Positions 29,643 to 39,781 of a stretch of 64,000 nucleotides of DNA are shown piece by piece (position 1 is the stretch's first letter; each line of letters begins with the position of its first letter). The stretch spans positions 288,001 to 352,000 of the forward strand of contig CAWIIB010000001.1 of assembly GCA_963836075.1 (NCBI GenBank), given 5' to 3'. The notes under the pieces were generated by a model, which made no database searches, was not told the origin of the DNA, and saw only the letters and a program-made list of their open reading frames with translations. The position numbers and the translations under genes are program-made. This DNA comes from an uncultured Acidobacteriota bacterium (GTDB lineage: Bacteria; Acidobacteriota; JAQAZP01).

Positions 29643-30293
29643 TCAGTTGAGGCCCAGCAGAAAATAGGTCAACTGCTGGACCACCCTGATATAGCCGTCG
29701 ATCAGATTTGACATCAGCAGGGCGATGAGTATCACGAAACCGAAGGGCCTGATGCTGTCGAGCAAAGGCAGCGCCTGGTCGGGAAGAATGCCGGCAAGGA
29801 TTCCGCCGCCGTCCAGCGGTGGAATGGGGATCAGGTTGAAGGCGGCGAGGATCAGGTTGATCATGGCGCAGAAGATCAGGAAAAGATACGCCCCTTCGTT
29901 GAACGCTCCACCGCCGGAGGTCAGCGACAACACCCGGAATATAACGATGGCGATCAGTGCCAGGGCGATATTGCTCAACGGCCCGGCGGCCGAGACAATC
30001 GCGCTGTCCCGCCGCGGCTGCCTGAGGTTCAGCGGGTTCACCGGCACCGGCTTGGCCCAGCCGAAAATCGGCATTCCGGAAACGGCCAGCAGGATGGGAA
30101 AGATCACCGTGCCGAAGATATCGACGTGGGCCAGGGGGTTGAGGCTGATCCGTCCCAGCATGCGCGCCGTGGGATCACCCAGACGGTCGGCCGACCAGGC
30201 GTGGGCCGACTCGTGCACCGTGATGGCCAGGGCGAAGACCACGAATTGCATGATATAGATGCCGATGGTGCCGCCGTCCAAAATGACCTCCAA
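29643..30293 (-). CDS. Site-2 protease family (M50) membrane metalloprotease
   Basis: HESAH, GDPTA, GWAKPVPVN, AGPLSN, FNLIPIPPLDG. Confidence 0.95.
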   Translation of the reverse strand: MEVILDGGTIGIYIMQFVVFALAITVHESAHAWSADRLGDPTARMLGRISLNPLAHVDIFGTVIFPILLAVSGMPIFGWAKPVPVNPLNLRQPRRDSAIVSAAGPLSNIALALIAIVIFRVLSLTSGGGAFNEGAYLFLIFCAMINLILAAFNLIPIPPLDGGGILAGILPDQALPLLDSIRPFGFVILIALLMSNLIDGYIRVVQQLTYFLLGLN

Positions 30294-30316
30294 ATAGTAG
30301 TAATAATTGAATTAAC

Positions 30317-30345
30317 AGGTTACCACAGGGTCTGATTCCTGTCAA
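30317..30345 (-). promoter_or_regulatory. Sigma70-type promoter for the M50-scpAB-rluB cluster
   Basis: TTGACA, 17 nt, TAACCT, with an extended -10 TGn. Confidence 0.65.
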
Positions 30346-30415
30346 CGCCGTTGAAACCATCAGCCGGTTCGGTTCGTAGTGGAATGAGTGAGATCACCCC
30401 TTGGAGGTGTGGACG

Positions 30416-30691
30416 ATGAGATTTCTTCGCCGGAAGGACGGGAATCAACGGGTGGCGCCGCGCCCGGAGCAACGGGTCTGGATACCATCAGCCCTGCTCT
30501 TTCCCCTGACCATCACCGTCGATCTCCTGCTGGTGCTCGACCTGTTGCGGATCGACCCGATCCCCTTTGTGGACGAGTTCGTGCTGATCGCCATCGGTTT
30601 CTTCCTCAACCGCTCGGCGTTGCGCCGTCTGGGATGGTGGCCGTCCCGGGCGGCCTCCGGCGAGGACCAGGGCGGCCAGGCCCAGCAGTGA
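30416..30691 (+). CDS. Small membrane protein (DUF6116/YkvA-like)
   Basis: GGAGG RBS, a hydrophobic hairpin and the motif DLL..DPIPFVDE.VL. Overlaps the convergent YfhO-like ORF. Confidence 0.6.
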   Translation: MRFLRRKDGNQRVAPRPEQRVWIPSALLFPLTITVDLLLVLDLLRIDPIPFVDEFVLIAIGFFLNRSALRRLGWWPSRAASGEDQGGQAQQ

Positions 30692-33052
30692 GATGGTGGA
30701 GATCGCCATTCCAGCCCACAGGCCCGGCGGGCGGTAGAATAACCGGACCTGCTGTTTTCCGGTGCGGTCCAACATCACTCCAGTGAGCATATCGTCCACC
30801 AGGCAGACCGTCAGGGGCTCCCCGCTTCCCAACAGATCCGCCTTCCAGCCCTTTGACCAGGCCTGGGAAACCACCAGCATCCCGGCCCCTGTACAATCGG
30901 CTTCGATCAGCAGGCGGTTCGGCTCCCGGGCAATGACGGTGGCGGCAGTGAACGCAAGGTCCGTACCTCCCGCCGGGTCGGGCGAAACTGGACCCGGCAC
31001 GAACCAGGCTCGGGGGAACGCCCGGTTGTTGCGGTAGAGCCGCACCCCGGGCAGACGCACCTGGCCGTAGTTCTGCAGGGTCACCGGCAGCGGTTCGAAT
31101 GTTTCCACCAGTTGCAGGCCCTTCTGGGTCAGCGGTTCCCGGGATACCAGGTAGCGCACATTGAGCTTGTCCAGCAGTTCCCGCCGGAAGCCGGGCTCCA
31201 CACGAAGCGTCCAGGCCACGCTGGACTGCTCTTCGCGGCGGTTGAGGGCGTCGAAACGGCGCTGGGTCACCTTGAGGTTGATCGGGTCATACCCGCCGGC
31301 CTTGTCGATGCCAAAGACACAGGCCTGGTTGTCGCTGAGCGCGCCGCTGAGATCGGCCACCCGGAACGGCTGCTCCCCGTCCTGCAGATCAACCAGCCGC
31401 TGCACCAGCGGGGTGGACTGCAGAAAGAGCTGTTCACTGTCCGCCGTGGCCAGATAGCCCCGGCCGAAGAAGAGCAGGTCGGCGGCCAGGATCAGCAGGG
31501 CCAGGCCCTGGAGTGAGTCGCTCTTCAGCAGCGGCCCGCGCTTCAGGGCGAAGAAGAGCAGTCCGAAGGAGGCGCAGAAAAAGACCAGGCTGGCCGCCAC
31601 GGTTTTCGGCAACAGCTGTTCCAGCTGTTCGGCATAGGCCGCTGCCCTGCCGGCACCGCCGCCGAAGAAGGCCGCGCTGACCTCGAAGGATTGGGCCACG
31701 ATCTCCGCGGCCCCGTCATGGTAGACGGCGTACCCGGCGGCCAGCAGACTGATCAGCAGCGCGGCCCCGGCCACCAGCCAGAGGGCCTGCCGCCGCTCCC
31801 CCTTTGTCCCGCGGTCCATGACCTGCCGCAGACCGTCCCAGCCCAGCCCGGCCAGCACCGCCATGGCCAGGGGAAAGAAGAAGAGAATCCGCGCCGGCTC
31901 GCGGAACAGGCTGACCCCGGGGATGAAGCGGTGGCAGAAGTCATAGACCGGTCCGTAGGTGCCCATGGCAAAGAGCAGCAGCGCAGGGATCAGTGCCACA
32001 AAAAAGGTGCGCTGTCTGCGGCCGGCCTGTTGGCAGAAGGAAAGAAAGGCCAGCGGCAGCAGAAAGAGCGGGGTGTAGAAGGTGAGGGTCCAGAAATAGG
32101 CGCTGCCGAAATAGCTCCACTGCGGTCCGATGCGGCCGAACAGTTCGGGGTTGACCAGGGTGAAGAAGTGGCGCAGCGGCAGGGAACCCAGCCGGTAGAG
32201 CTCGGGGGCCATTTCCGACGAACGGGAGAGCTCGGGCAGCAGCTGCACCGCCGGCAACAGGTGGGCGGCGGCCAGGCCGCAGGCCAGTGTCACGGCCAGG
32301 GCGAACTGCAGGCCGGAGAGCAGCCACCGCCGGTCCTCCTTCCCCGCATGGACAAGCCAGGCGAAGTAGAGCGGCAGGATGAACATCAGGTAGAGAAAGA
32401 TCTGGGCAAAGGCCGAGAAGAGGATCACTGCCAGCACCAGGGCCAGTGCCGCCACGTGACGCCAGTTCCGCTGAACAGCCAGTCTGGCGGTACAGGCAAA
32501 GGCCAGCGGCAGAAAGGGCAGCGTCTCCAGGTGACCCACAAAGCCGTTGGTCAGGTGCCCCATGTTGCGCACCCCGAATCCGTACGCCAGACCGCCGATG
32601 ATCGCACCCCGGTTGCGCACACCGATCACCCGCAGAAAATACCAGGCGGCCATGGCGGCACAAAAATGGGTCAGCAGGTAGGTCCAGCTGGCCGCCGGAC
32701 CGGTGGGCAGCAGCAGGTAGAGCAGGTGCATGGGGAAGAGCAGAGCGTAGTTCAGATTGCCCAGGATGGGATAGCCGCACATCAGGTGCGGGTTCCAGAG
32801 AGGCAATGCCCCGCTGCCCCAAAGCGTGTCCCTGATCAGCATCTTCCAGCCGAAGGTCTGCCCCACCAGGTCGGAGAGCGGAGAGTAGACCATGCCGCCG
32901 GGGTACAGGAGCACCGACCGGAAATAGACCAGGGTAAACACGCCGATGATGGCCGCGGCGGCCAGGACGCCCTTTCCCTGCTGCTGCTCTTTTCCGGTGC
33001 TCTTCACGGTTTCCCTGTCCGGGTGTGGTTTGACCACGCCGAGTGTAGCCAC
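30488..33052 (-). CDS. YfhO-family (GT-C fold) membrane glycosyltransferase-like protein
   Basis: LPLWNPHLMCGYP, many TMs, FREPAR, GGYDP, LDKLNVRYLV, LYRNNRAFPRAW, W.KGWKA, YRPPGL. Start may be GTG 33007. Confidence 0.85.
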   Translation of the reverse strand: MATLGVVKPHPDRETVKSTGKEQQQGKGVLAAAAIIGVFTLVYFRSVLLYPGGMVYSPLSDLVGQTFGWKMLIRDTLWGSGALPLWNPHLMCGYPILGNLNYALLFPMHLLYLLLPTGPAASWTYLLTHFCAAMAAWYFLRVIGVRNRGAIIGGLAYGFGVRNMGHLTNGFVGHLETLPFLPLAFACTARLAVQRNWRHVAALALVLAVILFSAFAQIFLYLMFILPLYFAWLVHAGKEDRRWLLSGLQFALAVTLACGLAAAHLLPAVQLLPELSRSSEMAPELYRLGSLPLRHFFTLVNPELFGRIGPQWSYFGSAYFWTLTFYTPLFLLPLAFLSFCQQAGRRQRTFFVALIPALLLFAMGTYGPVYDFCHRFIPGVSLFREPARILFFFPLAMAVLAGLGWDGLRQVMDRGTKGERRQALWLVAGAALLISLLAAGYAVYHDGAAEIVAQSFEVSAAFFGGGAGRAAAYAEQLEQLLPKTVAASLVFFCASFGLLFFALKRGPLLKSDSLQGLALLILAADLLFFGRGYLATADSEQLFLQSTPLVQRLVDLQDGEQPFRVADLSGALSDNQACVFGIDKAGGYDPINLKVTQRRFDALNRREEQSSVAWTLRVEPGFRRELLDKLNVRYLVSREPLTQKGLQLVETFEPLPVTLQNYGQVRLPGVRLYRNNRAFPRAWFVPGPVSPDPAGGTDLAFTAATVIAREPNRLLIEADCTGAGMLVVSQAWSKGWKADLLGSGEPLTVCLVDDMLTGVMLDRTGKQQVRLFYRPPGLWAGMAISTISLLGLAALVLAGGRPGRPPSQTAQRRAVEEETDGDQHELVHKGDRVDPQQVEHQQEIDGDGQGKEQG

Positions 33053-33103
33053 GGCGGCCGCACCCTGTCAACGAAGGTCAGCCTGGTCTATAATCCGGCC
33101 GTG

Positions 33104-34682
33104 ATGAGGTACAGCGCCGGACCAGCCAGGAGACCTGATCACCCGGAACCGCTTTTTCGTTGCGGCCGCCCTGCTGCTGGCCCTCCATGCCCTGCTGCTG
33201 GTCGGCAGTTCCTGGAACAAAAGCCCCACCTACGACGAACCGGAACACCTGAAATTCGGCCTGGTCTACCTGGAGGAGGGGCGGCTCCCCGAGGCCGACG
33301 CCCAGCGCATGCCGGTGACCATGCTCAATGCCCTGGCACTGAAGATGTGCGGCGGCACCGTGAAACAGTTCGAAACCGAACGGCGCTACCTGCTCTGTGC
33401 CCGTCTGCCCACCATGCTCGCCTCGCTGCTGCTGGGCCTGGGCCTGCTCTGCTGGTCCAGCGGCCGTTTCGGCCGTGCCGGCGGCCTGCTCACCCTGGCC
33501 CTCTACAGCCTCTCACCCACCGTCATCGCCCACGGCCGGCTGGTGACCAACGATCTCTACACCGCCCTGGCCGTGGCCGCCGCGGTATACAGTTTCCGGC
33601 GTCTGTGCAGCGAACCTTCGGTCCGCTGGTTCCTGCTGGGGGGAGCGTGTCTGGGGCTGGCCCAGGCCTGCAAGTTCTCTTCGGTGGTGCTGATCCCGGC
33701 CTTTGCCGTAATTCTTCTCTACTCCCCGGCCCGGGCGCCGCTGGCTGCTTACCTTCGTCAACGTCCGGCACGCTGGGGCCTGGTGCCGCTCTACCCGCTG
33801 GGCGCCTTCTTCATGCTCGCTGCCGTGTACGGCTTCGACGGCCTTTTCCTGCCGGCGTCCAGTTTCGAGCATCACAGTTACACCTTCGCCTGGATCAAGG
33901 CGCGGATGCCCTGGCTCCGCCTGCCCCTGCCCCGGGTCTACCTCGAGGGCCTGGACCTCAGCCGCTACATCTCCACCCACCCCCAGGTGATCCGGGGTCA
34001 CAACTATCTCCTGGGCCGGATCAGCGATGACGGTTGGTGGTACTACTTCCTGGTGGTGGGTCTGCTGAAGACGCCGCTGGGCACTCTCGGCATCCTGACC
34101 CTGCGTGCCTGCCGGAGGATCCGGGACGGCCTTTCCCCGTATCTCCTGGTCCCGGCAACGGCTTTTTTCCTCTTCTTCAGCTTCTTCTCCTCGGTGCAGA
34201 TCGGCATCCGCTACCTGTTGCCGGCCTTGCCCCTGGCCTTTCTCTGGGCTGGCGGCCTGCTGCCCCGCGACAAACCCGTCGGCCGGCCGCTGAAGGTGGC
34301 GGTGGCCGTCCTGCTGGCCGCCTTGGCCATCTCCTCCCTCGCCGCCTTTCCCGACTACATCTCGTATACCGGTGAACTGGCCGGCCCGAGGATTCACGCC
34401 TGGCGGCTGATGGCCGACTCCAACCTCGAGTGGGGCCAGGACCGCTGGTATCTCCAGCAGTATCTGCAGCAGCACCCCGAAGCGCTGCTCAATCCCAAAG
34501 AACCCGCTGCCGGCCACCTGGTGGTGCGGGTCAACCTGCTCACCGGTGTGTTCCAGCCCAACCGTTACCCCTGGCTGCGGGAGAATTTCAATCCGGCAGA
34601 CACAATACGCGGATCTTACCTCGTCTACAGGATCAGCCACCGTGAATTGGAAGAACTGAGTCTGACGGGGGAAGCGGATTGA
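33104..34682 (+). CDS. ArnT/PMT-like (GT-C) glycosyltransferase; +1 frameshift at about 33108
   Basis: SPTYDEPEH, AHGRLVTND, ACKFS, WWYYF...LKTP, QIGIRYL, DSNLEWGQD. The frame is open upstream of 33309, and deleting one G joins it to ATG 33104 (MSTAPDQPGDLITRNRFF). Confidence 0.85.
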
Positions 34683-34970
34683 GAAGACCGGCCTCCTGCC
34701 GGCCAGGACCGGATCATTCAGGCAGGTCCGGCAGAAGGTTGCTCATGACCACCGCTGAGGGAACAGGAGGGAAGGACATGCTGAACCGGTAGCCCAGGAA
34801 TTCCTCGGGGTTATATCCTTCTTGACTGTATAGTGAGTAGATAGAGCTGGTTGACCAGGAATCGGCTGATCCTGCCTTCTCGACTGATCGACGGCATCAG
34901 CCACCATACTTCGGACGGCGCTCCTTGCACTTTTGCTGCGGAGCACCACCGATTGAAAAAGGAGTTCAAG

Positions 34971-36834
34971 ATGTCTCTACGCTCGGTGTTCAGCATGCTG
35001 GCCCTGATCGCCGTTCTCGTGCCGGCGGAGCTTCCCGCCGCACAACATCTGCCCAATGCAATGGGCAAGGTCAATATTCTCGAGAACGGACGTCAACGCG
35101 TCCTGCCGCTCTCCGGTCACCAGGAGGCGGGCAGCGTTCGGGCCGCCTGGGACGTGCTCCCGGGCTGGCCGGTGACCGTTCCCGCCTCAGGAGAGGAAGG
35201 CGGGATTCTCGTCGAATTGGATGGCGACAGCGACCTGGAGCTGGTCTCCACCGCGGGGACCACAATCAGCGCCCACAACCCCGACGGGACCACAGTTACC
35301 GGATGGCCCCGGACCACGGTAAACACCATCGGAGGTGCAGCTGCTGCAGGAGACATAGACGGTGACGGCGATCTGGAAATCGTGGTCAACACCTGGTCCT
35401 ATTCGAGCGCCGGCCAGATCGTGGCCTGGGAGCTGGACGGCACCCTGGTGGCCGGATTCCCGGTGGACAACGGCTATGCCATGCGTTCGGTGACCCTGGC
35501 CGACCTCGACGGCAACGGCACCATGGAAATCATCAGCAACACCAGGCTCTACCCGGTGGGCGAAGTGACGGTCTACCGCGGCGACGGTTCAATCTATCCC
35601 GGATGGCCGCAGCCGATCACCCACGTCCCGGCGGGCAGCGCCGCGGCGGGTGATATCGACGGCGATGGTGACCCGGAAGTGATCGGCATGTCCTACGACG
35701 CACTCTTCGCCTGGCACCATGACGGCACCGCGGTGAGCGGGTTCCCCTTCACCCTCCCGGTCAGCATCACCGTCTCCTACTCCTCGCCGGTACTCGCCGA
35801 TATCGACGGTGACGGCTTGCGGGAAATCGTTTTCGGCGCCTGTCACGAGAGTGGCGGCACCAGCCCGGTCTACGTGCTCAACGGCGACGGCACCGTTCTC
35901 CCCGGCTGGCCGCAGGTACACGCTGTACTGGAACTTTGCCCCGCCGGCGGTCTGCGACCTGGATGGAGACGGCGGCCTCGACGTGGTGTTCGGGGACCAG
36001 GTGCTCAGCGGCAGCGGGCCGGTGGACCGGCTCTATGCCTGGGACGCCTCGGGCACACCGCTGGCCGGATTCCCGGTGACCAACATTGATGCGGTCTTCG
36101 CCCACCCGCTGGCCGCCGATCTGGACGGCGATGCCGACCTGGAGATCCTGCTCACCGACAACGTCACCTATTCGTTTCCAATGGGCAGCGGCCGGCTCCA
36201 CGCCTGGCATCACGACGGCACGGCATCGGCCGATTTTCCGCTGGTGGTGATGGGCGGCACGACGTTTCTCAATGCCCCCTGTCTCGGTGACATGAATGAC
36301 GACGGTCTGCTCGACCTCGCTGCCCGGGCCAGCGATTTCAATAATAACCTGTCAAACATCTCCGTCTTCGGGTCCGACGTGGCCTGGGATCCGGCGAACG
36401 TCATCATCCCCTGCTTCCAGTACAACGTCCGGCACGACGGCCTCTATCCCGCAGCCGAATCGGTCGGGACAGTGGCGGCCACCTTCACCTGCGACCCGCC
36501 AAGCGGGACTCTGCCCTTCAGTTCGACCTTTTCGGTCAGCCTGGAGAACCTTTACGGTGGGGCCACGCGGCGCATTGCCGCCCGAGTCAATGTGACCACG
36601 GGCAGTGGTGGCTTCTACGGCAACTGGCGCAGCGGCTACACCAACGTGGCGGCCGGCAGCGCGTACACCAAAGCCTGGAACCAGGTGATTCCGGCTCTAG
36701 GTTCGCTGGTCGGCGACAATATCTTCACCCTGGCCGCCGAGGACGTGACCCCGGCACCCTACAACCAGCCGCCTTATCCAGCAGCCGGCGACACGGCAAC
36801 CGCGGGATGCACGGTGACCGGGTTGTCCCCGTGA
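34971..36834 (+). CDS. Secreted FG-GAP/VCBS beta-propeller protein with a distinct C-terminal domain; +1 frameshift at about 35915
   Basis: Signal peptide after an AAGGAG RBS. About seven xDxDGDGxxEI...G(W/F)P repeats are spread over two frames and are joined by removing one G (GWPQ-YTLYW). Confidence 0.85.
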
Positions 36835-36846
36835 CTTGCGGTAAAT

Positions 36847-36879
36847 AAAAAACGGGCAGGTCCGACCGGGCCTGCCCGT
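36847..36879 (-). terminator. Rho-independent terminator of ppdK
   Basis: ACGGGCAGG...CCTGCCCGT stem followed by a U-tract on the minus strand, between convergent genes. Confidence 0.8.
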
Positions 36880-36908
36880 GAGATTGCTTCGCTGCGCTCG
36901 CAATGACA
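36880..36908. repeat. REP-like palindromic unit (TGTCATTGCGAGCGCAGCGAAGCAATCTC on minus strand)
   Basis: Imperfect palindrome matching the GTCATTGCGAG...GAAGCAATC class of extragenic repeats. Only one copy seen in the window. Confidence 0.6.
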
Positions 36909-36912
36909 GCGA

Positions 36913-39642
36913 TCAGTCGTTGAGCGTGGCGATGGCCGCGGCCAGCCGGGCCACCGGGACACGGTAGGGCGAGCAGCTGACGTAGTCCAGGCCGGTCTTG
37001 TGGCAGAAGTCGACCGAACGGGGGTCGCCGCCGTGCTCGCCGCAGATGCCCACCTTGAGGTCCGGGCGGGTGGCGCGGCCCTTCTTCACCCCCATCTCCA
37101 CCAGCTGGCCCACGCCGCTCGATGTCGAGGGTCTGGAACGGATCGTCGGGCAGCACCTTCTTCTCCACGTATTCGGGCAGGAAGACCCCGGCGTCGTCAC
37201 GGCTGTAGCCGAAGGTCATCTGGGTCAGGTCGTTGGTGCCGAAGCTGAAGAACTCGGCGTTCTCCGCCACCTGGTCGGCGGTGAGGCAGGCCCGGGGGAT
37301 CTCGATCATCGTGCCGACGAGATACGGCGTCTCCACGCCGGCCTCCTTGAACACCTGCTGCACCACCTCTTCGGCCTGGTCCCGCAGGATGTCGAACTCG
37401 GCGGCGGCGCCGGTCAGCGGGATCATGATCTCGGGGAAGACGTCGACCTTCTCCTCCTTGACCAGGTAGCAGGCCGCTTCGATGATCGCCCGCACCTGCA
37501 TCTGGTAGATCTCGGGGTAGGTGATGCCCAGGCGGCAGCCGCGGTGGCCCAGCATGGGGTTCGACTCGCTGAGCTGGCTGACCCGGGCGGCGATCTTCTC
37601 CGGGGTCACACCCATCTCGGCGGCGATCTCCTCCTGGGCCTTCTTCTCGTGGGGCAGGAACTCGTGCAGCGGCGGATCGAGCAGCCGGATGGTCACCGGC
37701 AGGTCGTCCATCGCCCGGAGGATGCCGACGAAGTCCTCGCGCTGGATCGGCAGCAGCTTGTCCAGGGCCCGCTGGCGGTCGTCCAGGGTGTCGGCCAGGA
37801 TCATCTCGCGCATCTCCCGGATGCGGTCCTCGCCGAAGAACATGTGCTCGGTGCGGGTCAGGCCGATGCCCTGGGCGCCGAAGGCCCGGGCCACTTCGGA
37901 GTCGTGGGGCGTGTCGGCGTTGGTCCGCACCTTCATCCGCCGCACGTCGTCGGCCCATGACATCAGCTTGGCGAAGCGCTGGAACACCGGGGAATCGGCG
38001 GCGTCGAGGCTCTTCTCGGCCAGCACCTGGATCACCTCGGAAGGCCTGGTGGGCAGCTCGCCCAGCAGCACCTCGCCGGTGGTGCCGTCGATGGAGATGA
38101 AGTCGCCCTCCTTGACCACGGAGTCACCGACACTGAAGGAGTTCGACTTGTAGTCCACGTTGAGCGCCCCGCAGCCGGCCACGCAGCGCTTGCCCATGCC
38201 CCGGGCCACCACGGCGGCGTGGGAGGTCATCCCGCCCTTGGCGGTGAGGATGCCCTCGGCGGCGCTCATCCCGGCGATGTCCTCCGGCGACGTCTCCAGG
38301 CGGACCAGGATCACTTTTTTACCTTCCTTCTCCACCATTTCCACGGCGCGCTCGGCGGTGAAGGCCACCTGGCCGCAGGCCGCGCCGGGGCCGGCTTGAG
38401 GCCCCGGGCCAGTTTCCGGCCCTGATCCACCGCCTCCTGTTTGGCCACCGCCTCGAACACCGGGGCGAGGAACTGAACCAGCTGTTCGGGGTCCATGCGC
38501 AGCAGCGCTTCCCGCTGGTCGATCAGCCCTTCCTCAACCATGTCCACCGCGATGCGCACGGCGGCGAAGCCGGTGCGTTTTCCGGTGCGGGTCTGCAGCA
38601 GGAAGAGCTTCCTGTTCTGGATGGTGAACTCCAGGTCCTGCATCTCCTTGTAGTGGTTCTCCAACTGCAGGTAGGTCTGCTCCAGCTCCTTGTAGACCTC
38701 GGGCATCTCCTCTTCCAGGGAGGGCAGCGAGTCGTCACGTTTCTGGCTGATGTTGATCGGCTGGGGGGTGCGGATGCCGGCCACCACGTCCTCGCCCTGG
38801 GCGTTGACCAGGAACTCGCCGAAGAAGACCTTCTCGCCGGTGGCCGGGTCGCGGGTGAAGGCCACGCCGGTGGCGCAGTCGTCACCCATGTTGCCGAAGA
38901 CCATGGTCTGCACGTTCACCGCGGTGCCCCAGTCGTCGGGCAGGCGGTTCAGTTTCCTGTAGGTCACCGCCCGGGGCACGTTCCAGGAGGAGAACACCGC
39001 GCGGATCGCACCCCAGAGCTGCTCTTTCGGGTCGTCGGGGAACGGCTGGTTGGCATGCTTGTTGATACAGGCCTTGTAGCGGGAGATCAGCTCGATGAGG
39101 TGCTCCTCGTTCAGCTCGTTGTCCACTTCCACGCCGACCCGTTCCTTCAGCTTGGTCAGGATCTCCTCGAAGTGTTCGCCGTCCACGCCCATCACCACGT
39201 TGCCGTACATGTGGATCAGCCGGCGGTAGCAGTCGAGCACGAAGCGCTCGTTGCCGGTCTTCTCGGCCATGCCCACCAGGGTACGCTCGGTGAGGCCGAT
39301 GTTGAGCACCGTGTCCATCATTCCCGGCATGGAGGCGCGGGCACCGGAGCGGCAGGAGACCAGCAGCGGATCGTTCTCGTCGCCAAAAGTCTTGCCCATG
39401 GAGCGTTCCACCCGGGCCAGGTTGTCCATCACCTGCTGTTCAACGCCCTCGGGGAAATCCTCGTTGTTGGCCAGGAAGTGGATGCAGGTCTCGGTGGTGA
39501 TGGTGAACCCCGGGGGCACCGGGATGCCGAGGTTGGTCATCTCGGCCAGATTGGCGCCCTTGCCGCCCAGAAGGTTCTTCATCTCGGCCTTGCCTTCGGC
39601 CTGGCCGTCACCAAAGTAATAGACATATTTTGAACTGGTCAT
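36913..39642 (-). CDS. ppdK: Pyruvate, phosphate dikinase; frameshifts at about 38395 (1 nt missing) and 37117 (1 nt extra)
   Basis: [55 protein letters not shown], distributed over three frames. Confidence 0.95.
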
Positions 39643-39744
39643 GATTTGCGGGCTCCTCGAATCTCTCCTGATGGACACATGGTTCCGTGTTCAGCCGGCT
39701 AACCGGCAAGTTTCCGTTCGCTAACTTGAATCAAGCGAACCGTG

Positions 39745-39773
39745 ATTCTAACGAGACTCGGCACATTGTGCAA
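39745..39773 (-). promoter_or_regulatory. Sigma70-type promoter of ppdK
   Basis: TTGCAC, 17 nt, TAGAAT. Confidence 0.6.
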
Positions 39774-39781
39774 TGCCTTAT

